Of a DNA stretch of 64,000 bases, positions 1 through 13,594 are shown one piece after another (positions within the stretch are counted from its first letter, which is position 1; every line of letters begins with the position of its first letter). Under the pieces are notes generated by a model, which had not been told where the DNA came from, searched no databases, and saw only the letters and a list, made by a program, of their open reading frames with translations. This DNA is from Utricularia gibba (Eukaryota; Plantae; Magnoliophyta). A program made the position numbers and the translations under genes. The DNA is taken from assembly GCA_002189035.1 (NCBI GenBank), contig NEEC01000010.1:3100001-3164000 (forward strand), written 5' to 3'.

Positions 1-1038
1 GCTATTCCATACTCTAACACGCCATTCACATGGAGGTGTTGCATTTCAGTTGATACAATTTATCTCATACTACTTGTTATTGCTCTTCTCAACATGAAAA
101 GACTTTTTCAGCTTCGTGATACAATAATAATTCAATGCTTTCTTCATTGAAGTTTTATCTTTGAAGAAAACCTCTTTGCATGGATCACCGCTTGTCCCAT
201 CATATAAGTTTAAAGTCTTCTCAAACTCAACTGCTGTTGGAATTTGCATTGCTACATCGCTTTCATAAAACCTACTTTCTATTTGTTCATCATCATCATC
301 ACTTGAAGAAAGTGGAGATGGAATAATTTCTTGCTTCATTTCGTTTTCAGCTTGCTCAGTAGCATCTTCCTCACATAAATGATCCGAATCCCATAATATG
401 TCTTCATCACAAGGTGATTCTGGTGGTGAAGAATTGTGATATGTTGGTAAAGTATATGGATTATTATGACTGGTTGATGCTTCTCCAACATTAACTAGAA
501 ATAAAACATAAAATATATCATTAGCACAAATTAATTATATGAATTCAAAAAAATATCTTAAATATAATCTAAAACTAATAATAATAAAATGTTATTTGGA
601 AAAAAATTACATACTATTGTATTGTTGAATGATCAAATTCATGAAGTTTGGAGTTGCATTAATATACATATCAACACTTGAAATCATACGACTTTGATTA
701 AAAATCAAAGACAAACTATCATCTGTTTGATCAAGATGATGACAGTACCTCTGAAAACCCATTGTTGAATCCATAGCAACATAATTCACAATGATGGTAA
801 TAGAATACTCACTTGAAGATAGTTGCATAACTTCATAAATCAACGACACCAGCATCGATATTGATGTATCTTGAGCAACCAAAGCAGAAAATCGTGGTGA
901 TGAATCATAGCACACACCATTGTTTCCATAAAACAAGTTACCTCCCCAATACAACCGGATCTCAATTGGAGAGGAAGCCATTGAAATTGTAAGAGGAATA
1001 AAAGAATAAAGAATAATGATATGAGATGTGTATTTCAT
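1..1038 (-). mobile_element. Decayed MuDR/Mutator (MULE) transposase fragment; continues beyond left edge
   Basis: ORF 70..339 ends in a MuDR-domain-like segment (FKDKTSMKKALNYYCITKLKKSFHVEKSN). Past the stop at 70-72 the same frame continues YEINCIN*NATPPCEWRVRVW, resembling the C..C.WRVR part of the MuDR domain, with in-frame stops. ORF 607..1038 (IRLYWGG...DDSLSLIF...VDMYIN) resembles MULE N-terminal regions. Confidence 0.7.
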
Positions 1039-1044
1039 TATATA

Positions 1045-1505
1045 CTTCGTTTTGAATTTTGAATTAAAAAAAAGACAAATGAATTTAATATTACATCAAA
1101 CTTTTTCAGAATTTTAATTTTAAAATTTGAACATGTCAGTATCAGATGTGTACTATTGCTTCGTTTTTTAATTTTGAATTGGAAAAAATACAAATGAATT
1201 TAATATTACACCAAACTTTTTCAGAATTTTAATGCTAAAATCTGAACATGTCAGTATCACATGTGTACTATTGCTTCGTTTTTTAATTTTGAATTGGAAA
1301 AAAGACAAATGAATTTAATATTACACCAAACTTTTTCAGAATTTTAATATTAAAATCTAAACATGTCAGTATCACATGTATATTATTAATTCATTTTTTA
1401 ATTTTTAATTTAAAAAAAGATAAATTAATATAATGTTACACCAAATTTTTTACAGAATTTTAATGCTAAAACCTGAACATATCAATGTCATATATGTATT
1501 ATTGT
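1045..1505. repeat. AT-rich tandem repeat, about 4 copies of a 115-bp unit
   Basis: GAATTTAATATTACA(T/C)CAAAC recurs at 1081, 1196 and 1311, with a diverged copy near 1426 (TTACACC at 1436). Period is 115 bp; there are no unique spacers. Confidence 0.92.
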
Positions 1506-1909
1506 GATGATCAAATTGATTATAATATAATATAAAAAGAAATAAATATAATATATTATTTATTTGAATTTTCGTGTAAAATATGAATATAAAATGTTAA
1601 TTGAATTTTGGTGTAAAAATTAAATAAAAACTGATGATGTGTAAATAAAATGAAGCACTAGAATACAAAGTTGGCTACTTATTAAAATTCTATATCCAGT
1701 GTTGGTGTGATAAGTAATTTGCCCTGAAAAGACCACTACCCAAACGACGTTGAGCCTTGCGTGGGCCCTCGCCCGGACCCCTGCGGTACTGGGACCCACC
1801 TGTCCGAGATTTATCGGCAGCTACGAACCTCTAAAAATATGAAATTAAATTAAATATTGGATTAATAACTAATTTAGAAGTAATCGAGAATATATAAAAT
1901 ATATATAAT

Positions 1910-2476
1910 CTAATGCCGGATCTGATCTAATCTAATCTTCTTGAAGGGGGGCTGGTAGGAGGGAGCTTGGTTTTCCGGCGGCGCCGACGGCAGAGTAGCC
2001 GCAGGGAAGGGGATGACGTCGCGACAAAAAGGACACGTCGCGTTCCACCATAGCCACGACTCGATGCAAATAGCGTGGAAGTTATGGCCGCAACGCGGGA
2101 GGACACGAACCTCCTCCCGTACGGCGTAGTCCATCAAACAAATGGCACATTCGGAAAGTTGCCCACCCTCTGCAAGTTCTTCGTGGGAAATCAGCTTCGA
2201 AGGAGCGACGGCGTTGATAGACCTACCTCTGATCCCGGTGGGCGGCGTTGGTTGCTGAGACTCCAAGTCCATGCCCTCGTTGCCGACACGACGGCGGCGG
2301 CGGTACCTGTCAATGTATTTCTCGACGACCCAGATCACCGCATGGAGAAGGAGAAGGATCACCATCAACAACGTCAGCATCGCCAGCAGTGTGATGGCTA
2401 TAAACGCAATGTCTCCCCATTGTTGACTCGAATGCATCGTCGGACCCAGAGCGAAGAAAACAATATGATCGTCCAC
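1910..2476 (-). CDS. ATL-family RING-H2 E3 ubiquitin ligase (single exon)
   Basis: N-terminal hydrophobic TM segment, basic RRRRR patch, then RING-H2 CAICLMDY...LPRCGHNFHAICIESWLWWNATCPFC. Confidence 0.92.
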   Translation of the reverse strand: MDDHIVFFALGPTMHSSQQWGDIAFIAITLLAMLTLLMVILLLLHAVIWVVEKYIDRYRRRRRVGNEGMDLESQQPTPPTGIRGRSINAVAPSKLISHEELAEGGQLSECAICLMDYAVREEVRVLPRCGHNFHAICIESWLWWNATCPFCRDVIPFPAATLPSAPPENQAPSYQPPFKKIRLDQIRH

Positions 2477-3013
2477 CGTCCGCCGCCGGATAAGAAGAAG
2501 AAGAAGAAGACAAGGTTATCTATTGATATAGCCTTGAACTGAACGTTGCCCCAGACGAGGAAGACCCCCAAAGTGCTGAGGCAGATAAGCCAAGCCCTCT
2601 TCTTATAGGATACATGATGGATAGATCATAGATTTGATGTCCATAATCTCTGGGTAAAATATATCCTCCAAACCGAAAGATATGGTAAATATATTCTTTG
2701 CAGATCAACGGCAAACCGTCACTAGATTCTATTTAGATCCCAAAACTGGAGTTTGAGATACAATGACATGTAGATTCCAGAATGAAAAGAAGCTCATGGA
2801 AAACTGTGCTTCTGTATGAAAAGAGCAATTGTATTGGATACCAAGCAACGATGACCCAAGTAATTTCGTTTCATCTTCAACAAGTTTCCAAAAGGGAAGT
2901 GTCCAAATTCAATGAATAATGGATACCTGAGGATGAATTCTCTGGGGTGACTCCAAGATAGATCTCAAACAGCAACTCAATGGAAGGGGCTGCGCCACAA
3001 GGCAGGCGACTGG

Positions 3014-4411
3014 CTAACGCTGTTCTTTTTGTTCCTTCAAGGTCAACAGATTTCTGAACCATTGCTTCCAAGGGGCATCTTGTTGTTGTTCAACCCATGA
3101 GAGAAAGCAGCTATCCAGCAAGCAGAAAAAGTTGACGTAAAGGAGTTGATATGGAACCGGAACATAACGAAAGTTAGCCATCTGGACAACTGGCCAGATC
3201 CCGCCCTCCAAAGCGAAGGCTGGGAGAAAGTCCCTCCTCACACCTTCGATGACTTCAGATGATGTTTTTCCAGTGGAGAACCCCATGTAAGTAAAGAAAA
3301 TAAGCAAATCTAGGGGCCCAAAAATTATGGAATCAGCAGCCACTTTTGCAGAAACAAAATGGAAAGAATTTGGTTGAAGCTTTAGCCGCAGTCTCATCAC
3401 GCGGTCAAGACCTTGATACCTGGATGAGAAATTCAGAAATGAGATACTGTGATGACTGCAACATCGTATGCTGAGAATTTCTCAATCAGCTGATAAGCAT
3501 AATAAACATTAATCCGGAAGAGACTCCGAATCATGTCAATGCCAATGCACAATGGAATGCCTACCAGAAATGACCAACGGGACCAACAAATCCGAGACCA
3601 AAGAAGGTTGTCGTTGCAACTCGTCTCCAGCTAATCTTCAGTTCCTTATCTACAACCTGCAGAATTATTGAGTCTATCAGCGAGTAAATAACTGCCTGAG
3701 GATACAAAAAACGTTAAAATCTTATTCAACTCGTGGGCTTTGACATTAGTATAGCAATTTTCGATAGTCCAAAAACGAAGAGCATATAAGAAACAACTAG
3801 CGAAATACAGAAACTCAATGGGTCACATAAACAGTACTGAGAGCCACTGAATCAAAAAATAACTAGCCGAATGCTTCATCTTAATGGATCACATAAATAG
3901 TAACGAGGGGCAACTGAAATTTGAAAGAGGTTGCAGGGGCGACGTGTACAACCTGCAGAAGGATAATCGGAATATGAAAAAGCATCATGTCTTAGTTTTG
4001 TACAGCTTAAACTACTCATTCATACTCTGAAGAGAACAATCCTCAACTAAAATCAATTATCAAAAGGGACGAGTACCCATTTCTCATGATCCTAAAACCC
4101 GAAACAAGTCAGTCTCCCAATAAGATAAAGAATTTTCGCATGGTTGAAATGCGACTCGGCTCAATCAATCACGAAGCAACTCAAAATCAACCCTTGTTAC
4201 CCTTTAAGAAAACCGGAAATATCCTAGAGAAGTTTTTTTTTTAAAAAAATTGACCGACATGTGCTCGATGTTGGTTCCGATTGGCGGTATAATGCGTCAC
4301 CGTCTGCGCAGCAACATCACCAGCACCCCATATCAAACCAGAGCTAATGACCTGCGTCTTCACCGGATGCGTAGCTAAACAATTCTGATACCACCTCCAC
4401 AATCTCAACAT
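3014..4411 (-). CDS. Mpv17/PMP22 family membrane protein (3 exons)
   Basis: ATG at 4411 MLRLWRWYQNCLATHPVKTQVISSG. Middle exon about 3575-3656 (ISWRRVATTTFFGLGFVGPVGHFW). Last exon YQGLDR...GGIWPVVQMANFRYVPVPYQLLYVNFFCLLDSCFLSW. Confidence 0.92.
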
Positions 4412-4856
4412 GACAGAATACCCAGCCCAACTCCAGATTCCACCGCAATCAACAGTTTCTTGTCCCTGATACCCCACCCAGAATAAATTTCATGGAAGTC
4501 CGACAACGCCGAAAACAAAATAGACTCCAACTCCAGCGCAAACGAGTTCCGCCCAGGATTATCCTTAATTCCAAAAAATTTGAGTTTCAAGAATGGCGAA
4601 GAAGAGGGGAATTCGAAGTCGCCTTCTCGAATGGTCAGATGAAATGAAAGAAAATGAACCGCGATTGTCTTGGGCTTTCCCTCCAACCCTACTTCAGGGG
4701 ATAACCGTAAGCAAAATATCCCCCCCCCCCCCAAGGCTTTCCAGATTTTATGAAAATATCTGTAATTTTTGTTTTTATTATTACTAAAAATAGCAAAATG
4801 AAAGTTCCTATTTAAATATTTTAAATTCGTAATAATTTTTAAACATTTTCAAATAC

Positions 4857-4857
<1 letters not shown>

Positions 4858-4923
<66 letters not shown>
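4858..4923. repeat. (TAA)22 microsatellite
   Basis: Perfect TAA repeat read directly from the sequence. Confidence 0.97.
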
Positions 4924-4925
<2 letters not shown>

Positions 4926-5276
4926 TCTAAAAAAATAAAAAACATTTATCCAACAAGGGTACTACTAAGAATTGAATTAAATATCCAATCAATCTTATTG
5001 TATATACCATAATTTCAAATAAATAAATAAACATGTATATATTAAAATAATATTCATAATTTATGAATGACGAAAATAATTTTAATTTTGGATAGAAATA
5101 TTATGAATGACCATAATGTTTAGATAAACAATGAGTCAAAATTCAAACTTTGGGGTTTAGGGTTCATAAATAAATAGTATAAGTAGAATGGCAAGATCAA
5201 AAGGGGGAAAAAAATACTACAGCTGAAAACTTTGGGAGCGCAAGGATGCAGAAACTGGAGCCAAGAAGCGACGACC

Positions 5277-6305
<1,029 letters not shown>

Positions 6306-6392
6306 GACTTCGTGTTCCGCTGGCGGCGATCGTGGCTGCCCACGGTTGGGTTGATGTTCGCACTCCGGGAGAAGTGGTAGATAACACTCCTA

Positions 6393-6505
6393 CTAGGGTT
6401 TCTGAATCAGATTCACATATCGTACAGCCCAAACTATTCTTCAAATGGGCCTACATTACCTCCTTACCGGAGAGCCCAAAATATATCAAATTGGGCGGAG
6501 GCCCA
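6393..6505 (-). promoter_or_regulatory. Telo-box plus site II (TGGGCY) cluster, RPL11 promoter
   Basis: CTAGGGTTT at 6393-6401 (AAACCCTAG on minus). AGCCCA/TGGGCC/GGCCCA at 6426, 6446, 6473 and 6500. This is the established motif pair of plant ribosomal protein promoters. Confidence 0.75.
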
Positions 6506-7437
6506 TCTATAGCAGATTTGTTTAATGCAGTTCCAGTTTCAATAAAAATATTTATAAAAGTAACTTTGGGACAAAATATACATTGTTTCTACTCCATATG
6601 AAATTAAAATGGTAAAGTGTTTTAATTTTTTTTAAAGTTAAAGATGATTACTTCAACAAAAATTGAAATGCTTCTAGAAATCGTTTATTTAGAATTGTTC
6701 TTTAGAACGACACCAAATAAACCATTAAATTACATTTGAAAACCATAAGAATCAATTTTATTCAGAATAATTTTGGAAATAATTAATTATATCTTTCAAA
6801 CGTATATAAAATTTTATTTTATTTGATTAATTGAAATTTAATTTAATTTCACTCGAATATTGTCTATAATAAGTAACCGATATTTGAATCTAATTTGAAC
6901 GTAGCTTACTAACCGAAGATGGATCATTGATTGACCGCACACGTCTCTCTGCAATTCGTCTTCAAGAAGCAAAACCAACTTTTATCTCTCCGATCAAAAC
7001 GCCGTTTGTTTGCTCCGTCGATGCGTTTCCAGAGAGAGGTATGTTGGATGAACTGACTGAATGTTAGGTTTTGAGTATGATCTTGCTCTGTCCGCCTGAG
7101 TTTTGCTCTCTCGTCGGGATCGGGAATGCATACTGAATATCAGTCCGATCTTCGTCACATCCTTCAAAACTGATAAGATTTTGTGTTTCTGTTTTTAAAC
7201 TTCCATTGCCGCTTTAGGTTTCGGCATCAGTTGCTTCACCGCTGTTTCTGGTCTTCTTTTTTTTTTTCGGAGAAAAATTCTGCAAATGATTTCCTGATTT
7301 GATTTGCTCATGATTCAATGAATGATGTAGTAATGCCGCGTTTGTTTATTTCTGACGATTTTTATGTGCCTAGTGTGATGAAGCCTGTATGTGTTTTAAA
7401 ATAGATCGGAATTCTTCAATTATTATGTTTTGTAGGA

Positions 7438-7880
7438 ATGAAGAAAGGCACATCTTCTTTGGATCCCAATGCAGCATCATATGTACCACTGAATAAAGGT
7501 GGATCTAAGAAAATAGTATTGAACCATGGAAGTCGGCCTTCTCCCCTTGATTGTCACGAACACAATCCCATTCCAAATTCAACTGCTGATTTTTCTGATA
7601 ATCTTGGTGGAGTATTCGCATCAACGTCACAAAGTGTATCATCTAATGGACGAAAATTGACGAATCATGTTGAGGAAGACTATCAGATGGACTTGGCTTT
7701 TCTCGCAATCAACTTTCCTGGAATATCTGAGGGTTGCCTTCAGGCTGTCCATGTAGCAATACATACGACCTTGAAGACTCCATGAACATGCTGGATCAGC
7801 TACAGGTGCAATATCATTCCGGAGACGTCATCGTCCTCCATGTAACTGCTTTCAAGAAAGTTTCCATGTGCTTCTACTAG
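7438..7880 (+). CDS. CID5/CID6-like PABP-interacting protein (PAM2 + CUE-like), apparent 1-bp frameshift at about 7758
   Basis: PAM2 motif SSLDPNAASYVPL, then MDLAFLAINFPGISEGCLQAVHVA. The expected continuation NTYDLEDSMNMLDQLQ lies in a shifted frame and ends at TAG 7878-7880. The 3' end is uncertain. 5'UTR intron acceptor at about 7436. Confidence 0.75.
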
Positions 7881-8448
7881 TTGAAATTCTTTTTTGCAGT
7901 AGAAAAAAGAATCATCGAAGTGAAATGGACAGTGCCCGAAGCACCAGGTGTAAGGGAGCTTGTTGTTTCACATCTTCACCAGACCCGTCCCTGGGAGTCC
8001 AGTTTTGTGGCAGACAGCGACACTCCCCTTTCCAACCGACGGCGATCCATTTGTCGTGAAGGAATTCTCCACGTAGATGATGCTCTTTTGCATACTTTTT
8101 TCTTTGGAAGGTCAAGATATTGCACTGATTTGTGTCTACTTCTACATGTTCTTCAAAACCAGATTCTTGGAATTGCTGGTATTCAAGTGCACATGATTCG
8201 TGGTTTGCTCATTGCTATAACCCATTACAATTCACAAAATTTCGGATTTGATCCCAGAAATCGAAAGTCCGATCAAATTTTAGGAATATTTTGTTCGAAA
8301 AAAATATGGAACATACTTTTTTGGCATAGGGCTTTCTTGCTTAATTACTGTCTTATTAGCTCTGAAAAGTACTTGTTCTACACCAAGAGTGTTTACTTAC
8401 AAAAAGGAAAAAGAAAACGATAAAAATAAACAGAAGGCGCGCACCCAA

Positions 8449-11400
8449 CTAATACGGCCTCCACCTTGCACCGTGCTGCAGCGGTGGCCGGAGATTCTGA
8501 GGCCACCGTCCGCTCGGGAGCTGTTCTGCTGCTGCGGGGTGAACTTGCAGCGGCGGAGGAATGATGGGGTGCCGCTGTTGGTGCAACTGAAGATGCGGCG
8601 CCTGTGGTTGCCACTCCGGAATATCATCACCATCATCATCGTTCCAAGGTTGAATCCCAGACCTAAAGCCTCTATCATCTACCGCACTCATCCTACTCGT
8701 GCTTGTAATGCTACCACTACTATCACTTTGCCCATATTTTTGAATGAGCTCTCTCACTTTATCCACAGAGCGTCGCGCCGGCTGATCTTCAGCAGGAATC
8801 CTGGGCTGTGGCGGGTTCAGTTGCCCGGAAAAATTGAACTCCGGCAAGTCATCATCGTACTTTACAGCACCATTCCCAGGTGAGGGACCAAACCCAGGTG
8901 GGATTCCATCATCTTCCATTTCAGGGTCTGGTTTCGAACCTTTAACATTACTTGTCACAGAATGGGAAGCACTGATGTTCCTAATTTTTGGTGAATCTTG
9001 ATGAGGCCTACTATGAATACCAGCAGCAAGCTTTTTCGAGCTGCTGTGTTTGTGTAGGGAAGCCCGTTTCGGGGATATCTGTTTGCTACCTTTAGCAGCC
9101 GCTCTTCTCCATACAACGACCCCAATGAGCCCATCCCCAATGGAGTCTACAGTCTCCTTGGGGACGTAGTGCTTAACCATCTCAGCCACTCTGGCGGTGG
9201 AAGGGCAGAGATAGATCTCAACTCCGGGCACTGGCTCGGCGTATCCCAATCTCTCCTCTGCGGTGTAGGAAGCAATTGCCTGCATAACACAACATAAGTT
9301 GGGCGCTATAGAAACCAGGCTGCAGTCAATGAGATGGGGGGGAAGTAAAGATGATATCACACCTCAGAAAGGCTACTCATCTGAGCCCTTGACGCTTTAT
9401 CCTTCAACTCTAACTTGAGAACCTGCGCACGAAAAGCATCAACCAGGAGTGAGGCAACAAGAGGTAGGTAACAGGTGGATTTCACTTCAACAAAACACCT
9501 ATTGGTTCATGGGTATGACCCCAGATTTTGCAAACGCAAGACACATATACCCCTTTGCTGAAAAAGGTTGTGGATGGTTATTCAAACAATGATCAAGTTG
9601 AAGTTTTGAGCTTCAAAACAGGTATTTTCTAGGGCAAAAACACAGGCTCTGAATCAACAGTTTCGCTGTCAAGTGGATTGGGTTATCTGGGAAAACCTTC
9701 AGAGGCTATGATTAGTTAGATCTTTCTTCTCGCGAGAGAGAGAAAAAATGCTATCCAGCAACCATGGGGATTCAAACATATATCGATCGTAACTTCTATA
9801 GTACAATCCCGAAAAGGAAGCCGTACTATCTTTAAATCCACTATGTATAGTGGATCTGAGGCCACATTGTCTTGTTTAAAGACAAGGAGCCGAGAGCCGC
9901 CGAGGCAATCGAGAAATAGCTACAGAGAAAAGAAGGCCTTGATGTACCATGACTGCACGAGTTCTGGACATGGGGAGATCTTGAACAAATTTTTCGAAGG
10001 CGCCTAGTCTAACCCTTCCCTTGATATCAAGAGAGACGGGCCAGAGCTTTGTAGATGTCTTCTCACCACTGCCCATCAGAAATCAAACTTGTGAATTATT
10101 GCATGCAAGTTGCAGCAACCAAAAAATCAGAATCCACTGGCATTACAGAAATGTCTCTTATGGCTCAACAATGCATAACATGAAAAATAGAAATTAGGAC
10201 GAAAATCACGGCTGACCAAAACTAGAAAAGAACTTAATGAGAAATAATCCGCACACACTGTCAGAATCTTGAGAGAGTGTATATGCTTACTCAAAATAAT
10301 AAAAGAATTCAACTTATACGCTGATCCAAAACAGAAGTTGCCAAAAAGTTTGCGAAACAAACAGTGGCATAGCAGTTGGTGTTGGCAAGGGCAGAAAAGA
10401 AAAACTATCATGATGGAGAATACTCAGATCCATATATTTGAATGCATAACAGAAATAATAAAAGATACATATCAGGTTTCATCAGTAGGGGGGCACTGAC
10501 CTCTGGTACAAACCATGAACCATGACTGAAGATGAGTTGAACTGAAGAGCACCTTCCCAAGCATATTGCACATCTTCAGCATGAATAATGGAGCCGTTCT
10601 GATCAGGGCTTTCCTTTTTTCTTGTGTCTGTATTGGCTTCATGCAACCTCGCACCATCAGAATCCTTGGAAGGGGAATCTTTGACGGACAGCCGGCTAGA
10701 TTTGCTGAAACTATTCAGCCTTTCGCGAGAGTTAGGAGTGTTTTGATCTGCATCTGATGATAACTTCTCAAATGGAGGTTCAGAGTCAAGAGACTCCATA
10801 AACTCATCTAGAGAAACGATTGGGGGTAGAATTTTGGAGTTCTTTAATTCCTCCACCATCACTTTCTGCATTAAGTCAGCCCCATCTGCAGGTATGACTA
10901 AAGAGCCTACATTATCTTGGCTTTCAGAAACATTAACACTAATATCTCCAGTTTTAAGGCTTGCCGAAGATGGAGAATCATTTTTAACATCCTTTTTGCG
11001 TTGAGTTTGTGTTAGAATAGAAGCCCCTCCAGACAGATCAGCAACGACACTATCATCTCGTTCAAGCTCCACTTGGTACTCACCCTTGTGTGTTTTCCTA
11101 ACCAAACGTGAAATGTCAACTTCGGGTAGAACTTTCATCTGTGCCAGTTCTTCTGCTTTAGCGATTCGCCACTCAGATAGTTCTTTGGAAGCTAAGTCTT
11201 CCGCTGACATTGAACACAGCTTTTCTGGTGATATTTCTCCAGACATAACTCTTTCCCTAAGTTCAGGATTATTTCGATCCTTGAGGTTGAACAACAGCGA
11301 CCTGCCCTTCTCCTTGTACTTTTTGTTCACGCCACCGAATAATTTGAAAAGCTCTGCCTCAATCTTGAAAGCTACATTCTCTGGCTTCAGAATTTCTCTG

Positions 11401-12521
11401 GTGGTCTCTTCTTGATGCTCATTTGCCTCGCAATTTGTAGAATTCAGGCTATCACCAATTTGAGCCTCCTTCCCACCAGTCATGTGGGGATCAAACTCAA
11501 GTGCCCAAGAAAGTCCATTTCCCTGTAAGAGGTCATCCTTAACAAAAAAGCTATCACTAAATTGAGAATCTTCCTCAACCAACATGGAAGTGTACTGAAA
11601 TTCGTGGAAGGTACCTCCACCATTCAGACTAGTATATGGCGAAGGGAACACAGCAGGAAGAGCATGAGAATCACCAGCTGAAACAGATACATGCAGCTCC
11701 TTGGTAGGAAGCACTCCATCTGTCCCAGAAGGGATATTTTCACCCTTTTCTCTACTGTCTCCTGAATAATTTGATTCCTTGGCAGCCTGAGTAGTTTCTT
11801 TAGCATAACCCTGATCTTTCTTGGCATCTAAAGCCTTATCTGGAGTGGTTGATGTCAATGCCAATGCAGCGGCAAGAGATTCCCTCATTTTCGACCTAAT
11901 TGACTCGGATGACTCCTGCTTACTCTTGGAAGTTGACTGGTTATGTGTCAATTGCTTTTTTACAGGTTGCCCATGTTGCAAGGAAGACTTTCCAGCAGTG
12001 GCATTCTCACGAACTGTTTTCTTACTTACTGACAATTGAGAATACGAACTGGTGAAACCCAAATTCGGTGATATGTTAAAAGTTTTTTGAGCCGCATTTT
12101 GCTGCATTACCAGTGGAAAACCACTGGGTCCATTTCTTGAGTGCAATTTATCTGGAAATATTTGCTGCTCAGATACAAAGTTGTAAGAATTGAGCCCCAT
12201 GTCAGCCTTTCTCTTCACAGGCAATGGTTTATCATGCCCTGAGATACTGCTCAAAATAACTGGATCTTCATTTACTAGATCGGCTGATATCCAGATTGAG
12301 TTGAAGCCTGCATCGCCCCCTGACGTCACATAATTTGGCACACCGGCGCCAGGCATATCAGAAGTGCTGAACATGGTATTTATCGAGATTGCCTCTGCAA
12401 CTCCCATTCGTTCACTTGGTGCAGAAAATCCATGAGAACCAGAGTTTTTAGATACGTGGCCTACCATATCCATCTGCAGGTCTGATACTGGCAACCCCAT
12501 GGAATAAGAAACATGCTCCAT
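8449..12521 (-). CDS. BORDER-like TFIIS central domain + SPOC domain protein
   Basis: TFIIS-M: AFKIEAELFKLFGGVNKKYKEKGRSLLFNLKDRNNPELRERVMSGEI. SPOC: WEGALQF...|SGEKTSTKLWPVSLDIKGRVRL...LGYAEPVPGVEIYLCP. Start ATG (MEHVS) is uncertain. Confidence 0.88.
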
Positions 12522-13594
12522 CTGAGACACCCACTTTTTCAAATGCTGAGAGTCTTTGAACAGCCAAAATGGCACCTGAAACAAAAATGATGTTTCGAGT
12601 TTTAAACCTAATGCCAATTTTACAAGAATGATAAATGTGAGAAGCCCAATGGTGAAAGAAAACAACCCAAAGGCAACATATAAAAAAAATTGGAGATATT
12701 GGTTACCAAACAGATGGTTCGTCTACATATCCTCTACAAGGAAATCAAACACGAAAAAACTTACGACAACGGAAGGGGAAAAAGACGATACAGTAAAAAA
12801 CAAGACTCATCCGAAACGAAATGTTGCGCGACAGGGTTCATGATTTGCTCATACGCTAATTTTTACGTAATACGAGCCTTGAACCATAGAAAAAAAAAGG
12901 GCGTCCAGACTCCAGATTCAGTTACAATCGCAACCGCGATCTCGAGAGAAATTTAACCAAGAAGGTTAACTTTCAATTTCTATCACCAAAAACAAAAACC
13001 AAGAAAAACCTGAAGCTGATACCTAGAGTTAACACATCTCATATCCCGATTCCTTCCAAGAACAATCAGACACGCCATAACCAATTTTCTTCAGATCTAC
13101 ACCATCCACAAACCATTTCTTTTTCTAAGAAATACAACCAAACAAATACATCGATCTATCATCAAAAAAACCGACCAGCAATTCAACGTTTCTCGCAGAG
13201 AAATACATCACAAATTTACCTTCACGAAGTCGGCGTATTCCACAAGGTTCCTAACCCTAGAACGAAAGTCGCCTTTTCTCGAGTACCCATTTTCGTCCAC
13301 ACCCCTTCCATATATACGCGAGTAGTTGCTACCCGGACTCGCATTTTCCAGCGATTTTGTGTTTCACCCATTTACTTAATTTTATCCATTTTAATAGTTT
13401 TTTTTGAAAATACGTTGAAATAAAACAAATTCCCCACCGAAAAAAACATTGTACGCGTCACTGTGTGAAGATTACAACTGATCTTTGTGGAGTGTGCGTG
13501 GCCATCCCGCCGCCTGCATCCGCCGTCCACTGCATTCCGGCGGAAGGACTGAAATGGGCCGCTACCACACCCCATGATCGCCGCAAATTGGCGA

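Noticed and set aside
1045-1505. CRISPR-like array or any prokaryotic defence system
   Set aside because: Units are contiguous 115-bp repeats without unique spacers, there are no cas genes, and the window is spliceosomal plant DNA.
2075-2542. 155-aa plus-strand ORF
   Set aside because: Antisense shadow of the GC-rich ATL CDS; no recognisable domain.
2520-2714. 64-aa minus-strand ORF between ATL and Mpv17
   Set aside because: No motif; more likely UTR or promoter sequence.
3449-3493. C/D snoRNA-like GTGATGA...CTGA in an Mpv17 intron
   Set aside because: Antisense to the host gene, only 25-45 nt between boxes, no terminal stem.
5156-5164. Interstitial telomere (TTTAGGG)
   Set aside because: Single copy; at most a telo-box.
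7881-8423. 180-aa plus-strand ORF after the CID gene
   Set aside because: Starts at a non-ATG codon, has no recognisable homology and runs into the BDR 3' region; probably UTR.
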